This document shows, piece after piece, positions 1 to 13,665 of a stretch of 64,000 nt of DNA. Below the pieces are notes generated by a model that was given only the letters and a program-made list of their open reading frames with translations, had not been told where the DNA came from and ran no database searches. Made by a program: the position numbers and the translations under genes. Each line of letters starts with the position of its first letter. The first letter of the stretch is position 1. Source of the DNA: Macrostomum lignano (taxonomy: Eukaryota); contig NIVC01003123.1 in assembly GCA_002269645.1 (NCBI GenBank), positions 13,024 through 77,023 on the forward strand, in the 5' to 3' direction.

Positions 1-207
1 CAATATGGCAACTCGTACAGTCCAATTGACATGCTTTATTACTACTTGCTATTAAGTAGCTTGAATTCTCAAAACTGTGCACAATTTACCTTAGAGATTG
101 GCCCTTGTCCATCTAATAGACATCTGCTTAGAGTCATGGACTACTTAAAAAAATCCTTGGCCAAAATCACGGAGCAAACATAATCCCCCCCCCAACTGAC
201 TCCGCAG

Positions 208-1052
208 GCCTGGCCCTGTGCGTTAACAGTTTCTCCCTGGCGTCCATTGCAATTTTGCGCGCCCGTCAGAGCGCCACTACAGCGGCGCCGCCGCCGGACC
301 AGGTGAGCAACAACTCCAACCTGCGCCGGGTGGTGGCAGCCACGTGGCTTGGCGCCCTGCTGGTCTCCACGCCAGCCCTGTTCGCCTTCAGTCTGCAGCC
401 GGTGAACATGCCGGTAGGAGGTGACGGCCGCGGCAACTCGTCCCGCAGCCAAGACGTTCACTACGTGTGCTCGGAGGATCGCAGCAACCCGGTGGGGCAG
501 AAGGCCTACTCAGCCTACTTCCTAGTGCTGCTGTTCCTGTCTCCCTGCGTGGTGCTGGCTTTCTCATACGGCGTCACCGCTCGATTCTTGTCCAGACAGT
601 TCGGCCGCTTGACCGGCCGCCGGCTGCAGGCGGCGACGTCTCTCGGACAAGCGACCGCCGCGCTGGAGGAACAGCCAGAAGAGCTCCAGGAGCAGCAGCC
701 ACGCCTGGCCCTGACCAACCAGACTTCCGTAGCATCTGGCGGGCCGCTGAATCGGCAGCACCGGCAGACGCGCCGGCTGCACCGTCGGACGGTGAAAACT
801 CTCGCCGTACTAGTGGCTGTCTTCATCGTGTGCTGGTTCCCCAAAGATCTGATCATTCTGTTGCAGGATTTTGTGCTGGAAAACCGTGGCGTGGACGCCG
901 TGAGCCCCCTGATAGAGATTTACCCGTACAGTCAGGCCCTGATCTACCTGCACAGCGCTCTCTGCCCGTTCCTGTACTGGTGCCTCAGCCGTGTGTTTCA
1001 GCACTACGTCAGAAAGGCATTCTCCAGGCAGCAGCCAGAGCAGCGCCAATAG
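208..1052 (+). CDS. Class A (rhodopsin-like) GPCR, probably a neuropeptide receptor; last exon covering TM3 end to C-terminus (earlier exons upstream of window)
   Basis: Branch-like ACTGAC plus tccgcag acceptor at 207. The frame reads (G)LALCVNSFSLASIAILRAR (TM3), TM4 VVAATWLGALLVSTP, ECL2 cysteine (YVCSE), TM5 FLVLLFLSPCVVLAFSY, TM6 VKTLAVLVAVFIVCWFP, TM7 IYLHSALCPFLY and helix 8 SRVF; stop at 1052; AATAAA near 1131 and 1248. Confidence 0.9.
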
Positions 1053-1354
1053 TTATGAAACTGCGGCCTAAGCTGCTCTCAATGCTCTGTGATTGATGAT
1101 CTTCTCGAAGCCACTTTTCTGAACTCGAAAAATAAAAGGCTTTTTTTCTCTCTCCAAAGTTCGGCACGCCCCCTTGGCTTAGCTGGCACTCGGTGAGACT
1201 TATTTAGGCTTTTAGCACTCGCTCGCCTCAGCTTGTTTTATTTTCTGCAATAAAAAGCACACTTTGTACTGCATAACACTACCGGCAGGAATACCAGACA
1301 ATTCCCCCTTCACAGTTTTTGCAGAACACGGACTAACTTTTTATTGCTCACCTT

Positions 1355-1925
1355 CTCAAACAAGAATCAAGTCGCCAGCCCCCCGGACCGTCGAGATATT
1401 CGACGATTCTGCCAGAAGGTCGGATTTTTCCCATTAATGCTAATGTACTGCGCCCCAGTGCAGCCTTGCCAAGCCTCCAAATTACATCAGCACGTCGACC
1501 GCATGTGTCTGCATCAGCTCTGACTTCGTTGGTCACTGGCCTTCACCCAGATGGAGCTTCTGGACCTTCAACAGGTGGCACCAGGAAACTATGGACACCC
1601 TGTTGCAAATTTCTCTAGTTTCGCTGATCAAGCCTCGACAGCGGGCAAACCTCAACTGCTGGACATCCTCAGCTGGTCTCTCAGGCACTCCGTCATCACC
1701 CCAACGCCGTCGGCACCTTCAACAGGTGGCATCAGGTCACTGTGGCCACCCGAGTGAGATTTTTTATCATACCCTTAGCATTTTTGGAGCTCTAAACTTA
1801 TTTTAAGCTCCAAGATGGCTGAAATGCTGGCCACTGGCGTTTCACGCGCAGCAAAAAGAATGTCTGGGCTGGGGGGAATTCCATCAGCAATTCAAGCCCC
1901 CCCCGCCTGGTAGTTCTACTGTTAA
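1355..1925. repeat. Dispersed repeat of unknown class, copy 1 (copy 2 at ~63578-63972)
   Basis: Shared sequence AAACAAGAATCAAGTCGCCAGCCC...CATCACCCCAACGCC and terminal GTAG(T/C)TCTACTGTTAAT occur in both copies, with indels. Confidence 0.8.
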
Positions 1926-2154
1926 TAAAAGTTTAGTTTCCTTGCATCATATGATAACCGGCTGATTTGACTCGCTTTATTTTTACTACATAAAAGAACA
2001 CAGAAAGCAGAAAACTAAACAAAAAAGTAACGGCATGGAAGCCGCAAGCCAGAATCCCAATGTAATCTTTAGTTCTGGAGGAATTCTTAAGTGCAGTGTA
2101 GTTAAAGTACAGAATTTTGGCTAATGTAAAGGGAGTAGTTTTTCCTTAGAGAAT

Positions 2155-2400
2155 GTAGGTTTGATGTACAGGATGTAGGTTTCATGTACAGAATGTAGGT
2201 TCCATGTACAGGCTGTAGGTTTCATGTACAGAATGTAGGTTTCAAGTACGGGCTGTAGGTTTCATGCATAGAATGTAGATTTCATGTACAGGATGTATTT
2301 TTCTTGTACAGAATGTATTTTTCATGTACAGAATGGAGGTTCACGTTGAGAATGTTAATGTTTCATCTACACAATGTAAGTTTGATGTACAGAATTTAGG
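2155..2400. repeat. Degenerate 20-bp minisatellite (GTAGGTTTCATGTACAGAAT)
   Basis: Direct reading of about 12 degenerate units. Confidence 0.8.
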
Positions 2401-3245
2401 TTTCATGTAACAGAATTCTCTAAGGTTTACGCGACATTAAAAGTGGCGCTTTACTTGTACACTAACTTTCAAAGCATACCACTTTAAGTAGCATAGTGTT
2501 GAATGTGCGGCTACGTTTGAATTACAGCCGAAAAGTATGTCGTATACGCTTGTATTTGCGTTTCAACAAGCAGAACTCTTAGTCTGCATACTAAAAGAGC
2601 ACTTTATTGCGCGCATACCAGCCGAGCCTAGATCGATCCACTTTTCCTTTTAGAAGAGAAAAAGAGACGGGGATTGATCCTTGGTCCGGAACAAACAGGG
2701 GGTTCACTGATTTACTGACCAAGCACTGCGCTAGGCAATACTTTAATAATATATCTATGGAGAGAGACAGAGGTGCAAAGCGCTTTCAGTGCGCTCACAC
2801 ACAGTAAGCAAATTTTTCTTTCCTCGATTCAGCACGCTTCGAAGCATTCGTGCCTTAAATTCGAGGTTTTTTTATAATTCAATTCGCAAGCCCAGGGTCC
2901 CTTCCGGTCGGATCAAATGAAAATATTTAAAAGCTGGCTTGCCGCTCGAGTATAAAGCCAATTGTGGAACTCTCCATTTTTCTGGCAATATCTGGCCGCG
3001 TCTTTTCCCCTCTGTGCTTCTTTCTCTCTCTCTTGTTTCTGAGTTCTGCTCTCTCATTTTTAGTCCCTCCCCAACCCCGTGAGTGAATGGAATTGTTTCA
3101 GCTTTGCTTCGGCAGCTCCAAGCAACAGCTGGGTTCGTTGCGGTCACTCCCTGTGCGCCACTGAGAGGGGGGAGGGAACCACGGGTGCAGGCAGGCCTTT
3201 GCGGTATCCCCACCTTCTGCGAACCCCCCCCCCACTTCTCCGAGG

Positions 3246-3349
3246 CCAATCAGCAAACTTTCTTTGTCAGTCACTCACTGAGCTGCCCTCGCCCTCACCC
3301 CCGCCTCCGATCCCCCCGAGCTGCCGTTTTTCCTTCCAGCTTTATAAAA
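3246..3349 (+). promoter_or_regulatory. Candidate Pol II promoter (CCAAT at 3246, TATAAAA at 3343) upstream of the most distal candidate stomatin first exon
   Basis: GGCCAATCAG and TATAAAA motifs lie about 140-240 bp upstream of ATG 3486. Confidence 0.45.
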
Positions 3350-3485
3350 CGCGACACCCCCCTCGTAAAAACGTGGAGGCGAACAAAGTGGCGGGTGACG
3401 GACACAACTGGGCGGCAACCCCTCGATCCTGGTTGAGCGAGCGGCCGAGTGTTGAAATTCAGCGACAAGCCGAGCCAGAGCAACG

Positions 3486-3525
3486 ATGAAGACTGACAGC
3501 CGAGTCTGGGAGGACGCTCGTCAAA
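3486..3525 (+). CDS. Candidate alternative first coding exon A of the stomatin gene (MKTDSRVWEDARQ)
   Basis: ATG, 13 codons + 1 nt, then a GTGAGT donor (phase 1), compatible with acceptor 29512. Confidence 0.55.
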
Positions 3526-4464
3526 GTGAGTTCGGTTCTCGCAGCCCCCTCCCGCACAACACCGGAAAGAGGCTGTCGATCCCAAAGCAAAAATAACAGT
3601 ACAGTCCAGAGCAATTCCGCTGTACTCATCCCCTTACTCATAGCGGCACAAAAGGAGCTGACGGACTCAAAATATGCTATACGACGTAAAAAAGTAGTTG
3701 AGAGCACTTTATCTTCTTTAGCCTCTAATCCTACCAGCTTGCAGACGCTGTCTGGCAAGGAGAGAGAGGGGGAGAACATGCGCAGCACTAGAAGAAGTCA
3801 GAGAAGGGATGAGCGCAGGAGAAAGCAGAATTGATTAACTTCAGGCCAAGAAAAACCGGCTGCTGCAGCTATCCATCAGCCTTTGTTGGCGATCGCTCAA
3901 CTTTCTTTCATTTTCTCTCCCTCCATTTTTTAGCTCTTCATCTTCCTTTCCTTCTAAAAGCACAGGGGTCTGTATCCAAGTATGAAATACTTCTTTATGG
4001 ACTGGCCCGGAAGTCCCTTTGTTTTATTTCTCTGATATTCTTAGTGCCAATGGACGGGTCAGCTCAGCGTTAAATGCATCTGACTCTCGCATGGCGCCTA
4101 CACTTGCATGGTTAAAAATAGCTAACAATGGGAAAATATCACTTCTGAATGCGGCTTAGTCGAACGTCTAATGGCCCTGGCGCTGAAATGCCCGTAATTA
4201 GCAAATTCAGCCGCAGACTGATAGCTCGATGCGTCAACTCCTAGTGTTTAAGCTCACCGTAAATTGCCCAAGTCCTGCTTGCAGGTCTGAGGATACAAGC
4301 GTATGGGATTGGGAAACTCCATTTGGGTCAGCGACAGCTGGCAGAATGGGGGGGGGGTGATCTTCTGAACTCTGTGAATTGGAACCAAATCAAATTAAAG
4401 TTTTACCATAGATGTTAAAACTCTCAAATCGCTCCGTCCCCTCTCTCCCTCTGCCTCTCCTTCT

Positions 4465-5812
4465 CCCTTGTCCCCTCTCTCTATTTCCCTCTCGCCCTCC
4501 CTCAATCTCTTTCTGTCCCCTCTCTCTATTACCCTCTCGCCCTCCCTCAATCTCTTTCTATCCTCTCTCTCTCTATTACCCTCTCGCCCTCCCTCAATCT
4601 CTTTCTGTCCCCTCTCTCTATTACCCTCTCGCCCTCCCTCAATCTCTTTCTGTCCCCTCTCTCTATTACCCTCTCGCCCTCCCTCAATCTCTTTCTGTCC
4701 CCTCTCTCTATTCCCTCTCGCCCTCCCTCAATCTCTTTCTGTCCCCTCTCTCTATTACCCTCTCGCCCTCCCTCAATCTCTTTCTGTCCCCTCTCTCTAT
4801 TCCCTCTCGCCCTCCCTCAATCTCTTTCTGTCCCCTCTCTCTATTCCCTCTCGCCCTCCCTCAATCTCTTTCTGTCCCCTCTCTCTATTACCCTCTCGCC
4901 CTCCCTCAATCTCTTTCTGTCCCCTCTCTCTATTCCCTCTCGCCCTCCCTCAATCTCTTTCTGTCCCCTCTCTCTATTACCCTCTCGCCCTCCCTCAATC
5001 TCTTTCTGTCCCCTCTCTCTATTACCCTCTCGCCCTCCCTCAATCTCTTTCTGTCCCCTCTCTCTATTACCCTCTCGCCCTCCCTCAATCTCTTTCTGTC
5101 CCCTCTCTCTATTACCCTCTCGCCCTCCCTCAATCTCTTTCTGTCCCCTCTCTCTATTACCCTCTCGCCCTCCCTCAATCTCTTTCTGTCCCCTCTCTCT
5201 ATTACCCTCTCGCCCTCCCTCAATCTCTTTCTGTCCCCTCTCTCTATTTCCCTCTCGCCCTCCCTCAATCTCTTTCTATCCTCTCTCTCTATTCCCTCTC
5301 GCCCTCCCTCAATCTCTTTCTGTCCCCTCTCTCTATTCCCTCTCGCCCTCCCTCAATCTCTTTCTGTCCCCTCTCTCTATTACCCTCTCGCCCTCCCTCA
5401 ATCTCTTTCTGTCCCCTCTCTCTATTACCCTCTCGCCCTCCCTCAATCTCTTTCTGTCCCCTCTCTCTATTTCCCTCTCGCCCTCCCTCAATCTCTTTCT
5501 GTCCCCTCTCTCTATTTCCCTCTCGCCCTCCCTCAATCTCTTTCTATCCTCTCTCTCTATTACCCTCTCACCCTCCCTCAATCTCTTTCTGTCCCCTCTC
5601 TCTATTACCCTCTCGCCCTCCCTCAATCTCTTTCTGTCCCCTCTCTCTATTACCCTCTCGCCCTCCCTCAATCTCTTTCTATCCTCTCTCTCTAATACCC
5701 TCTCGCCCTCCCTCAATCTCTTTCTGTCCCCTCTCTCTATTACCCTCTCGCCCTCCCTCAATCTCTTTCTGTCCCCTCTCTCTATTACCCTCTCACCCTC
5801 CCTCAATCTCTC
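4465..5812. repeat. 45-bp pyrimidine-rich minisatellite
   Basis: Unit TACCCTCTCGCCCTCCCTCAATCTCTTTCTGTCCCCTCTCTCTAT; the 15-aa periodicity of the spurious ORFs confirms 45 bp. Confidence 0.95.
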
Positions 5813-6201
5813 CCAGCCTTCCTCCCAGTTTATCTTCCTCTTTCTGTCTTCTTGTCTCGCCTTCTCGCCCCCTCTCTCCCATCCTTCTCTATTCCGTCAT
5901 TTTGCATCTACCAAGCCTCTATGCTAGTCTTATTACGCTCGCATATAATTAATTTTCTCCACGCCCCTATCTTTTTCTGCTTAAACATCAGCTCATTTTT
6001 TCCAATCACTGCAGTGCAATGCTTGTACCGGCCTTCACTCTCTTCCCTCTTCTGCCTTGATTCTTTTCAATTTTCCTATCTTAGATCTTATTGAATTATT
6101 GTTTATTTGAATTCATCTGACCTGGTCCACTGATTCAGTGCAATCCTTCCACACAGTGTGACTCAATTGTGGTGGTTTCTTAGCAGTCTGTTTAATAAAG
6201 C

Positions 6202-7087
6202 TTGTAGCCTGGTGCTTTGAGCGTCTGACTCACCACTTGAAGGTCGGGGGTTCGATTCCCGATCCACTTGGAGCAATTTGTGTCCAATGACAACTCAAGT
6301 AACATATATACTCGTATAGGACGCTACACTCGAACTCTATGGCAAATGTTTTGAAGGCAACTTTTCGCCGAAAAATACACTACAGAGATAGGAGGTTTTA
6401 ATTTTTGAGCACAAAAATTGTTTTTGCTTTTGACAGGAGGCAGATCCAGTGTTCATCTTTTGATATGTTATGCCTTTCTTATTGCTCTATAAGTGACAGA
6501 CCAATTTGACATGAAAAATCGATTAATGCGTCGTTATAGCAGCATGTGAGGCACAAAATAGTGTGATTAGGACTTTCTCTGACACTGTTAAGAGACTCAA
6601 TCACTGTTTTAGTGTTGAAAATCGTGAAATTTCCTTTCTCCGTAGTGTATTTTTCCGGTGAAACCTGCCTTTAAAACTATTTCTGAACGAAAAGCTTTAT
6701 GAATATCGATAGAGCAATAAGAAAGGCTCAACATATCAAAAGATGAACATTGGATCTGCCTCCTATCAAAAGCAATGTGCTGAAAAAATTAAAACCTCCT
6801 ATCTCTGTAGTGTATTTTTCGGCGAAAAGTTGCCTTCAAAACATTTACCATGGATTTCGAGTGTTGCGTCCTTCTACTTAAGTTGTCTTTGCTTGTGTCC
6901 TTGACAAGACACTTAACTCTGCATTGCTTCAGTTCACCCAGCTGTAAAATGGGTGCCAGCATTAGCTGGGGTAATTGAGGGTGTGTGTGGCGACCCCCCA
7001 GTCCTTGGACTGAACAGCCGTACGCAGCCTTCAGATGCGCCGCGCAATAGCTGCGGCTGAGCTGTCGGTTGCACATCTGCCCATTAG
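6202..7087 (+). mobile_element. tRNA-derived CORE-type SINE (family A) split by a MITE insertion (head 6202-6285, body 6893-7087)
   Basis: A-box-like TAGCCTGGTG and B-box GGTTCGATTCC. The body matches the uninterrupted copies at 9774-10023 and 33218-33445. Confidence 0.85.
6286..6892. mobile_element. Non-autonomous DNA transposon (MITE/foldback) with ~200-bp terminal inverted repeats
   Basis: 6288-6490 is the reverse complement of ~6708-6890 (e.g. TTTTGAAGGCAACTTTTCGCCGAAAAATACACTACAGAGATAGGAGG). Flanked by duplicated TTGTGTCC (6278-6285 and 6893-6900). Confidence 0.85.
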
Positions 7088-7297
7088 TGCAGGTGTAATC
7101 AATTATTATAACAACCCATACCTCACAGTTAATTAGGCACACGATCGCACAGACTTTCTCAGCTTTAGACATGTACATGTACATTTGTAAGCTCTCTGCG
7201 CTTTGGGAGTTTAACGCGTGAAGTCGGACCCGATTATAGCTTTATTACTGTATACTATACAAGCACGTACGGATGAGCGATCAGCTGGCTGCACCGA

Positions 7298-7320
7298 GGG
7301 CGGGGTGACGTCACGTGATT
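7298..7320. promoter_or_regulatory. Compact GC-box / CRE / E-box motif cluster (GGGCGGGG-TGACGTCA-CACGTG)
   Basis: Three canonical motifs abut or overlap within 20 bp; function not shown. Confidence 0.3.
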
Positions 7321-8124
7321 GATAGATTTTTACGCTGCGACAGCCAGGCTCCCTGAAGGCCACAGGCGAGAGGCCTTCCAAACTGTCGATGACAGCACCT
7401 GGCGGAGCGGGGATGTTTTTGAAGGAGCAATCGGAATGCCATCGAGGGTTGCCGCTGAAATGAGGGAAGGAGAGGGCGAAGGCAGACGAGCACTTCACGG
7501 GAATCGGTGGGCACAGACGGAGGCAAACTGTTGGACGGGCGGCCTGTGGGAAGCCGCTCCCCCCTCCTTAGTTCTGCATGTCCCCCAGTCGAGGATATGG
7601 TGGGAGAAGGAGCGCGGGAAGTTTGCCGGCTTTGGCCTCTTCTTCTTTTACTGGTTTTCCCCCTACTGCTTTCGCATAGCAGCGTCTTGTCTTGGGGAGG
7701 TGGGGATGGGGGGCGAATACACACCGACAGCACTTGACAGGCGGCGGCAGAGGGCGACTGTCAGTTCCCATATTTGTCCCGCATCGCTTGCAGCCTCCCT
7801 AACCCGCCATCCTCCTCTTATCTCCCAGGCATGCGGTTAAGAGTGCGCGTGTGTATACCCTGCCGAACGAAACGTTCCCCTACTGTCCACAAAGGCCTTC
7901 TCCCCATCATATCCGCTCCAAGGTGCGTCTTCTGTCTGTGCGCAGGCTTCACTTTTTACGGCCGCAAAATTGGCAGCTTTTATATTGTAGAAAAAATCCA
8001 CTTTGCTAGTTAATGCCAGCCCTATAAGCTGCGGTTGCTACTGTTCAGTAGTATCACTCGAGTCCCATTGAAAGACGAATTTATAGTATAGAAATTTATG
8101 TAATTGATACAGAACCATGAAGAA

Positions 8125-8615
8125 ATACATTGAACAGGTTGCAATGGAAATGGGCACTATGAACAGGATTTAATGTACATTGAACAGGTTACAGTGGACA
8201 ATAGACACTATGAACAGGATCTGAATGTACATTGAACAGGTTACAGTGGACAATAGACACTATGAACAGGATCTGACTGTACATTGAACAGCGTTGCAGT
8301 GGACAATAGACACTATGAACAGGATTCGATGTACATTGAACAGGGTGCAGTGGACAATAGACACTATGAACAGGATCTGATGTACATTGAACAGGTTGCA
8401 GTGGACAATGGACAGTATGAACAGGATCTGATGTACATTGAACAGGTTACAGTGGACAATGGACACTATGAACAGGATCTGAATGTACATTGAACAGGTT
8501 ACAGTGGACAATGGACACTATGAACAGGATCTGATGTACATTGAACAGGTTACAGTGGACAATGGACAATATGAACAGGATCCGATGTACATTGAACAGC
8601 GTTGCAGTGAACAAT
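8125..8615. repeat. 51-52-bp minisatellite
   Basis: Unit TGTACATTGAACAGGTTACAGTGGACAATAGACACTATGAACAGGATCTGA; about 9-10 copies. Confidence 0.9.
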
Positions 8616-9444
8616 GATGCAATGTACATTTTATAGTTTACAATCTACAATGGGCCTACATGTATACAGTGTCCAGTATAGGCAATAAAGCAATTTTAAT
8701 GGGATTGCTGGAATTGATTCCAAAAATAAATTAGAAATTTATTAGAAATTTATTAGAAAAATAAATTATTTTTTTCATTACTAAGCCTCCTCTCCTACTG
8801 ACAGTAATCTGCTTCAAAAATTAAGATCAGTTAGAATGAATTGTTCCACTCAAAACTGCATAGATATCAAATACTTTTATCAGTTAAAGTTTGCCAAAAA
8901 TGAATCGATTATAAAAATGCGGAAACAAGGAAAGAAACCTTAAGGCCAGATTGATAGCAATGCTATCAGTCAGACACGAAGCAGATAATAAAACTAAGTC
9001 CCCCCACAGCAGCAGCAGAAATTGCTATGAGGAAGGAAGCAGCGTGGAAAAATAAGGGGTGTGGGACAGCAGAGAGAGAGGGAGAGAGGCAGAGGGAAAT
9101 GAGCGCCAGGCTCCATGGATTGGATCAGGCGGGCAAGGGGTTTTTGGACTTCAAGCAAAGTTGAGGCTGGCAGGCAAAGGCAGGCCAAGTTCTTACGCCA
9201 CCTCAGCCTCTCCCCCCCCCACCCAGAAGAAGAACGGGAGCAAAAAAGCGAGGCAACGGCTGAGAGAGGGTGTCATTAAAACAATAATTGAAGTCCCAGC
9301 TCTGGTGACTGCCAAATACTTTTGTCTTTCTTTGGCCAACTCAAAAGCCAAAAAATAAAAAGCCAAAACCGGCAGTTTAGTAGCGTCTGCATCCCAAAAT
9401 CTGTGTCAGCAAGAATCCCATTTGGCTGAGAGTCCCTCGGGGTG

Positions 9445-9586
9445 ATGAAGACGGCAGCCGCCGCAGTGGCCGCCGCGGCCGCAGCTTCAGCGGCAGCCGG
9501 TGGAGACTCCGGCGGCACCAACGGCACAGGCGGAGACCACGGTCGGCATCGCAAGTACTCGGTAGTGGATCCGCTCAGTGAGCTCG
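9445..9586 (+). CDS. Candidate alternative first coding exon B of the stomatin gene (MKTAAAAVAAAAAASAAAGGDSGGTNGTGGDHGRHRKYSVVDPLSEL)
   Basis: ATG, 47 codons + 1 nt, GC-rich coding-like composition, GTGAGT donor in phase 1. Confidence 0.65.
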
Positions 9587-9773
9587 GTGAGTCGGGTCAA
9601 CCCCTTCGCTAAATCCTTTCCTGTCTGATTTTCCCTGGATGGTACCGCCAAAGCGGTGCGGTGTCTGTGGTTTGTGCAATGCTACGCCGGATTATGGATG
9701 TTTCTCCTGCCAAACTGAGTTTTCTGACTCAATCATCCAGTAGAAAACGCTGAAAGAATTTAAACTTCCCGTT

Positions 9774-10023
9774 CTAATGGCCAGATGTGCAACCGACAGC
9801 TCAGCCGCAGCTATTGCGCGGCGCATCTGAAGGCTGCGTACGGCTGTTCAGTCCAAGGACTGGGGGGTCGCCACACACACCCTCAATTACCCAAGCTAAT
9901 GCTGGCACCCATTTTAGCAATGCAGAGTTAAGTGTCTTGCTTAAGGACACGAATTGTTCCGAATGGGTCGAGAATCGAACCCCCGACCTTTCAGTCAGAC
10001 GCTCGAAGCACTAAGGCTACAAC
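9774..10023 (-). mobile_element. tRNA-derived CORE-type SINE (family A), uninterrupted copy
   Basis: Minus strand reads GTTGTAGCCTTAGTGCTTCGAGCGTCTGACTGAAAGGTCGGGGGTTCGATTCTCG... followed by the same body as 6893-7087. Confidence 0.85.
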
Positions 10024-10534
10024 CCGTTCTCCTAGCAACTGGAGAACCCACCAGCTGAGATTTTCGTCTTGCAATGCGTTAAACATATTTCAAATAGACT
10101 GAGGGAACTCCAATTGAGTTGCTGGTACACAGTCAGACACAAACGTTGGACACAATGATTTCTAGACAATTATTCTGACGGACACTATCTCTATTGCTCA
10201 TAATCACTTACTCAGCAGAGTCTGGTCCACCGAGTAGACGAGCGGCAGAAAAATCCCAGCATTTTCATATTTTCGTTTGACCCGAAACAGTTCGAGATCC
10301 CAGCAGGCATTCGGGTTCCCCTTTGGCCAAGCCACCCTCTCTTCTCCCGCTGCCTGCCTGCCTGCTTTGCATAATTTATGCCTGCCAGTGGGGCCGCAAG
10401 CCACTTCTGCAGCTCCCCTCTCCGCAACCTTCCGCCATATTCCAACGCTCGCTGGAGCTGCAGTTGCCGACAGATTCCACTAGAAGAAGTGTCCCTCTCG
10501 GCATCCCCAGTGTACTGCTACTGCTGAGGAGAAA

Positions 10535-10593
<59 letters not shown>

Positions 10594-11071
10594 AGGCATG
10601 CAGACCACCGACTATTAGAGTTTGGTACCGAGCGATGCAGGTTCAGTGCAGCTGCTCAGTTGCATAATTTACTGTGTCAGCAGCCCCGCTAAAATGTCTA
10701 TGCATACCCAGAGAACAAGGTGCGCGAAGAATTCGAATTTTTTCGCTTAGCGTGAGCGGACTTTTGGATTTCAAACAGCGACTCATTTTCTGGTGCTTGC
10801 CCGGCCCCGTGACTGACAGGGAAAAGAGGATGAAAGGGTGCGGCCGCCTCTCGCTGAGTCGCCGTCATTACCAGCGAAGGGAGGAGAGAGGCACTGAACA
10901 CTGCTCGCTTCCTGCACTGCTGGACAGGAAGTGGGGCCCTTCCGGCTTGCCTTTGTCGGGCTGTCCACAGCCCTCGCTGGAGAGGGGAGAGTGAAATCCG
11001 ATAAAACCACTCGTTTCTCGCCCTCACTGCTCAGTGGCTCCAATTAGGCCTCGAATGGGGGGACTGTGACA

Positions 11072-12928
<1,857 letters not shown>

Positions 12929-13289
12929 GCATATGCAGACAGACAGAGGGGCTGGAAAAGTGCATGCCCGTAGAATTCCTGAGTCGGCAAGTCCGTTCTG
13001 CCTTTAGGAAGGCATTAATTAACAAGCAGACCCTGGCGGCAACGCTTCAAAGTGGAGACAAATTTCTTTCTGGATCACCTGATAAATTATGTAGAAATTG
13101 GCTTTAGCAACCAAAAGCGGAGGTGGGCTGACGACCTCCCTGCTGAGTCAAAGTCACGCCACATAGCAGGTGCACCACGTTAAGGATAATCTTTTTTTTA
13201 AGTTCAGCGCAAAAAGAGGAGATGTAGAGAGATAAAGACAGTAGAATAGGGGGGAACGGGGAGAATAGATAGAGAAGAGTCGATAGTAG

Positions 13290-13650
13290 ACAGGCAAAGA
13301 GGTGAGAGTAGACAGGGGTAGAGGAGAGAGTAGACAGGGGTAGAGGAGAGAGTAGACAGGGGTAGAGGTGAGAGTAGACAGGGGTAGAGAAGAGAATAGA
13401 CAGGAAATATGAGAAAGTAGACAGATGTAGAGGAGAGAGTAGATAGGGGAAGAGGGGAGAGTAGGCAGGGGTAGAGGTGAGAGTAGACAGGGGTAGAGAA
13501 GAGAATAGACAGGGAAATATGAGAAAGTAGACAGATGTAGAGGAGAGAGTAGATAGGGGAAGAGGGGAGAGTAGGCAGGGGAAGAGGCAGGGGAAGAGGC
13601 GTGAGTAGACATAGGAAGAGGGGAAGAGTAGACATAGGAAGAGGTAGAGA
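13290..13650. repeat. Purine-rich ~21-bp degenerate minisatellite (continues at 14210-14500)
   Basis: GAGAGTAGACA(G/T)(G/A)GG... units on both sides of the 13666-14205 insert. Confidence 0.8.
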
Positions 13651-13665
13651 GAGAGAAGAGAGGTC

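Noticed and set aside
2757-2803. ATG-to-GTAAGC segment as another stomatin first exon (also donors at 15273, 15296 and ~17442)
   Set aside because: The donors fall in phase 0 or 2 relative to their ATGs, incompatible with the phase-1 core acceptor. They could only be non-coding exons.
4412-5952. Long ORFs of 427 and 494 aa, and similar ORFs at 15553-16914, 39853-40907, 43008-44021, 44676-45879, 46399-47922, 50930-52743 and 28455-29381
   Set aside because: They are translations of tandem repeats open in several frames or both strands. Real exons overlap only their edges.
6202-6285. tRNA gene calls for the SINE heads (also ~9955-10023, ~20235-20301, ~22585-22650)
   Set aside because: A/B boxes are present, but I could not fold a complete cloverleaf, and each continues into a shared SINE body.
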